Shown here: positions 60,235 through 64,000 of the stretch, piece by piece
Layout of the letters: the number at the start of each line of letters is the position of its first letter
Position numbering within the stretch: the stretch's first letter is position 1
DNA from: Candidatus Babeliaceae bacterium
GTDB lineage: Bacteria; Babelota; Babeliae; Babelales; Babelaceae
Length of the DNA: 64,000 nucleotides
Assembly: GCA_007116155.1 (NCBI GenBank)
Contig: SKJC01000006.1
Span: forward strand, 31,951-95,950
Direction of reading: 5' to 3'
The notes under the pieces: model-generated
The model's input: the letters and a program-made list of their open reading frames with translations, nothing else
What the model was told of the DNA's origin: nothing
The model's database searches: none
Program-made: the position numbers and the translations under genes

Positions 60235-61146
60235 CTAACTATGGCTTTTTTTGCCATGATTTAACAACAACATTACTGGTGTTGCGATATAAATTGATGA
60301 ATACGTTCCAAAGACAATGCCTACCAAGAGTGACATAGCAAGCAACTGTAAAACACCGGTGCCAAATAATAATGCAACCACGGTCAATGCAGTAGCTACA
60401 CTCGTTAAAATCGTACGACGCAATGTTTCATTGATGCTCATATTAGCAATTTCTAGCGAAGTTCCCTTAGCATGAGCAGCAAAATGTTCCCGTATTCGAG
60501 AAAAAACAACAATGGTGTCGTTAATTGAATAGCCCAAAATAAAGAGTACTGCAGCAATAATATTAAGCGAAATCTCCATGTCGAGCACAACAACTAACGT
60601 TAATATAGCCATAACATCGTGGAATAACGCAACAATCGCACCCATTGCAAAAGAAAATGACCAGAAACGTATTGCTATATATAACAGCATAATTAACAGA
60701 CCAAGCGCGACCACGATGATTGAGTTTTTACGTAATTCATCGCCGATGGAGGCGCCAACACTATCTGTTTGTAAAATAGAAGCAGTTGTTCCCGGAAAGC
60801 GATCCTCAATAAACCGCTTCATTCGCTCGCTTAATCCATCTGCATCGTTTTCAAATCCGCGCACACGAACCAATACTTCACCATTACTAAAATCACGGGT
60901 AATGGCACCTGGTATATCATTCGCTGCTAAAATCTGCTCGATCTGCTCACCAGAAACCTTTTCACCACCGGTAAACCCGAAGCGAACTTCAGTACCACCC
61001 GTGAAATCAACACTATAGGTAAAAACTGAACCACGCGTATTATACCGATACGTAGCCATGGTAATAAATGTTGCCATTAAAACAAATGACACCCCATAAA
61101 AAAGAGACCGGTACTTAAAAAAATCAATGCGTCCTGCTTTCAACAT
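60235..61146 (-). CDS. secF: Protein-export membrane protein SecF
   Basis: Six TM helices. FTGGTEVRFGFTGG periplasmic region. No secD adjacent. Confidence 0.85.
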   Translation of the reverse strand: MLKAGRIDFFKYRSLFYGVSFVLMATFITMATYRYNTRGSVFTYSVDFTGGTEVRFGFTGGEKVSGEQIEQILAANDIPGAITRDFSNGEVLVRVRGFENDADGLSERMKRFIEDRFPGTTASILQTDSVGASIGDELRKNSIIVVALGLLIMLLYIAIRFWSFSFAMGAIVALFHDVMAILTLVVVLDMEISLNIIAAVLFILGYSINDTIVVFSRIREHFAAHAKGTSLEIANMSINETLRRTILTSVATALTVVALLFGTGVLQLLAMSLLVGIVFGTYSSIYIATPVMLLLNHGKKSHS

Positions 61147-61179
61147 AACTCTCTCCGTTGAGCACGAAACTTACGCTAT

Positions 61180-61428
61180 TTAAACGACAGAAACGTATTT
61201 ACGTCCCTTTATACCAAAATGAAAACGAATTTCACCTGATCCTGTTGCAAAAAGGGTGTCGTCACTACCTATGCCAACATTTTTTCCAGGGTGAATACGA
61301 GTACCGCGTTGACGGACAATAATTTCACCGCCACTTACTCGTTGTCCATCATACAACTTAACACCTAGACGCTTACTTATACTATCGCGACCATTTTGCG
61401 TGGAACCACCAGTTTTACTCGTTGCCAT
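61180..61428 (-). CDS. rpmA: 50S ribosomal protein L27
   Basis: [52 protein letters not shown]. Confidence 0.95.
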   Translation of the reverse strand: MATSKTGGSTQNGRDSISKRLGVKLYDGQRVSGGEIIVRQRGTRIHPGKNVGIGSDDTLFATGSGEIRFHFGIKGRKYVSVV

Positions 61429-61564
61429 GCTATAAACCCTAACATTACATAAAAAAAGATGTGTACGAAATCAAAAGAAGTGAAAAAACTCATGCGCTAT
61501 CCACAGAATTTCATTCACCCTCAAGTATGAAAATAATTTGAAAAAAAGTCAAACACCCGCCTTT

Positions 61565-64000
61565 CTAGAGCCCTTCCCACGAAGTATCCTGATACACCAC
61601 AACCCGCAATGGAACCTCCCACTCAACCACCGATTCAAGCACCTGAGTAAGACGATGGCAAACTAAAGCTTGCTGATTAATGGCTACTTCAAGAATAATT
61701 TCATCATGCACTTGCAATACCATGGTTGCATCATATGCCTCTTTATGCAAGGCGCGGTATACCGCTATCATACCGAGTTTTACTAATTCAGCTGCGGTTC
61801 CTTGCGCCACGGTATTAACCGCAATGCGACAACCCTGTTGAAAAAGATTCTTATTCGCTTCAAAAAGCTCCGGAATCTGTCGTTTGCGACCTAAATATGT
61901 TTTGACATATCCTGCAACGCGAGCCTTTGCTATAACTTCATCCATCCAGGCAAAAACACGTGGATAGGTTGCCTGATACCGCTCTAGATACAACCGCGCT
62001 TCAGAAAGTGAAACCCCTAAATCTTTTGATAAACCAAAGGCGGTCAATCCATACAAAATGCTAAAATTGATGCGCTTAGCAATCTGACGCTGTTCTGGGC
62101 TCACCTGCGCAACCGATATTCCAAAAATACCCGCAGCAGTCGTAGCATGCACATCTTCGTCGCGCGCGAACGCTGCTAATAAAACTGGATCTTGTGAAAA
62201 GTGAGCCAAAACACGCAGCTCAATTTGCGAATAATCGGCGCTAATAAACGTATACCCCGGGCGCGCAGTAAAAAGTGAGCGTATTGATATACCATCGACA
62301 GCTTGCGATGGTATATTTTGCAAATTAGGATCAGCACTGGAAAGACGACCCGTGGCCACGGTTGCCTGGCGAAAACTTGTATACACACGCCCAGTTTTTG
62401 GATCCCGCGCCTCGCGCAAACCATCAACGTACGTCCCTTTTATTTTAGACAATTCACGATGCCGCATAATTAAGGGGACAACGGGGTGCGCACCAACCAG
62501 TTGCTCTAACGACTCGTTATCAGTTGAATATGCACGCGACTTACTAGTTTTTTTTGATGGAGCCAGGCCCAACTTGGAAAACAAAAGATTCGCAACCTGC
62601 TGCGGAGAACGAGGATTAAATACACCTGGAAGCACCTGTGCGTACTGAGAAATTTCAACGTCCAACTCTTTTAAACGAGCAACAACCAACGCATCAATAC
62701 GCTCAAGCTGAGCAAGATCAACCGGCATTCCGGCTGTCTCCATCTCACATAATACTGGAACTAGAGGCATTTCGACATCATAAAAAAGACGCGCAAGCGA
62801 ATCCTGCTCTATGCGACCCACAAAATATTCATACAACTGCCATGTTTGATGCGCATCAGCTGCAGCATAATCCAACGCCTGTTGTAAGGGAACTTGCGCA
62901 AATGAAGTAAACCCTTGCCGCTCAACCATTTCATCAAAATGATGCATCGGTTGTCCCAATAATTCTTGCGACAACGCCTTGAGACCGACCTTTTGCCCCT
63001 CGCCACGCAATAGCCCCGCCGCTAACATCGTATCAAAATATAAGCCACGCGCCACAAGCCCTGCCGCCTGCAACACCAGCAGATCAAATTTAGCGTTATG
63101 GTAAATTTTTCGAATTGATTCATCAGCTAATAATGGCCCCAATAGAGACTTTACAGCATTAAAAGAAAGATGCCCTTCTCCGGTGACGTGCGCAACGGGA
63201 ATGTAGCAAGAAACTCCCCGCCGACAACAAATAGATATCCCAATAAGCGCACTATCCCGCACTGCTGCGCCATCAGTTTCAGTATCAATAGCGCAAATTC
63301 CGGCAGCTTTAACCTGTTGGCAGAGATCACTCAAGCCTGATTCTGTAGTAATCAACTTAAAGATAAATCCATGGGTCGCCGCAAATGACTGATCCGACAC
63401 GATTGTTGTTGCTTGCGGCCCTGCGCCAAAAAGCGTTGTCTGTGCAGCTGCCGCCCGAGGGGAAGGTAGCGACTTGAGCAGTGAAATAAAACCAAGCTGC
63501 TCAAAAAGTAAGCGCGCCTCAGCATATCGTTCAACAATAAAAGGCTCAGACAGCAAATCTTCAACTACAACCGGAACTGATCGCAAGGTAAACAGCTCCT
63601 GGCTCAAATACGCCATCTCTTTATGCATAATAAGTAATTGCCGAATACGCGGCGTTATTCCCATGACCGGCTCATCTGAGGATTCAAGACACTTATACAG
63701 CGCGTCAAGCGAATCAAACTGCTGTACGATACTTATTGCGGTTTTCGGCCCAATGCCACGAACACCAGGTATCGCATCAGACGTATCACCCACTAAAGAG
63801 TAATAAAAACAGAGTTTCTTTAAAGGAAAGCCATAACGCGCTTCAATAGCCGCCTGATCAAGGAGTGCCTGCTTAAACGGATCAAAAATAAAAATAGAAT
63901 CAGTAACAAGCTGCCCTAAATCTTTATCTGATGTAATAATAATCGTCTCATGGCCGGCATCATGGAGTGCATGCGCATAGGATGCAATAACATCATCGGC
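61565..64000 (-). CDS. polA: DNA polymerase I; gene continues beyond the window end. The ORF-track start at 63793 is an internal GTG.
   Basis: 5'-nuclease H3TH VGDTSDAIPGVRGIGPKTA. The upstream frame stays open to 64000 (…ADDVIASYAHALHDAGHETIIITSDKDLGQL…). Polymerase motifs RQATVATGRLSSADPNLQNIP and QVHDEIILE. Confidence 0.93.
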   Translation of the reverse strand, partial: ADDVIASYAHALHDAGHETIIITSDKDLGQLVTDSIFIFDPFKQALLDQAAIEARYGFPLKKLCFYYSLVGDTSDAIPGVRGIGPKTAISIVQQFDSLDALYKCLESSDEPVMGITPRIRQLLIMHKEMAYLSQELFTLRSVPVVVEDLLSEPFIVERYAEARLLFEQLGFISLLKSLPSPRAAAAQTTLFGAGPQATTIVSDQSFAATHGFIFKLITTESGLSDLCQQVKAAGICAIDTETDGAAVRDSALIGISICCRRGVSCYIPVAHVTGEGHLSFNAVKSLLGPLLADESIRKIYHNAKFDLLVLQAAGLVARGLYFDTMLAAGLLRGEGQKVGLKALSQELLGQPMHHFDEMVERQGFTSFAQVPLQQALDYAAADAHQTWQLYEYFVGRIEQDSLARLFYDVEMPLVPVLCEMETAGMPVDLAQLERIDALVVARLKELDVEISQYAQVLPGVFNPRSPQQVANLLFSKLGLAPSKKTSKSRAYSTDNESLEQLVGAHPVVPLIMRHRELSKIKGTYVDGLREARDPKTGRVYTSFRQATVATGRLSSADPNLQNIPSQAVDGISIRSLFTARPGYTFISADYSQIELRVLAHFSQDPVLLAAFARDEDVHATTAAGIFGISVAQVSPEQRQIAKRINFSILYGLTAFGLSKDLGVSLSEARLYLERYQATYPRVFAWMDEVIAKARVAGYVKTYLGRKRQIPELFEANKNLFQQGCRIAVNTVAQGTAAELVKLGMIAVYRALHKEAYDATMVLQVHDEIILEVAINQQALVCHRLTQVLESVVEWEVPLRVVVYQDTSWEGL

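Overview
The window is AT-rich, gene-dense bacterial chromosome. It is almost entirely a housekeeping backbone:
- cell envelope: class-A PBP fragment, PASTA protein, uppS, mraY, murB, glmU, lgt, lspA, pgpA, cdsA
- DNA metabolism: uvrA, mutS, sbcD, polA, dnaG
- translation and RNA modification: argS, pheT, rsmA/ksgA, tgt, trmH-like, mnmG, rluB-like, rpmA
- transcription: rpoD, rho
- secretion: secF and an orphan gspE-type ATPase
- shape: mreB.

Between these lie many lineage-specific genes with signal peptides or membrane anchors and no recognisable domains. The ORF track misses four RNA genes: an RNase P RNA (rnpB) at about 1316-1668 and a tRNA-Leu/His/Pro cluster at 5957-6330. Several ORFs in the track overlap these RNAs and are spurious.

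The main oddities are:
- mreB is interrupted by a single in-frame TAG at 20979-20981.
- Three small secreted proteins at 33228-34792 sit next to gspE; two are clear paralogues, and two of the three genes carry the same near-consensus promoter.
- A WD40-like protein and a large acidic secreted protein look like host-interaction candidates.
- Palindromes overlap the uvrA and mutS promoters.
- A stand-alone PASTA protein lies between rnpB and uppS, divergent from the PBP.
- Long homopolymer tracts occur inside essential genes.

I found no CRISPR array, transposase, integrase or phage genes. My guess that this is a reduced-genome, host-associated or intracellular bacterium is inference from composition and gene content only.
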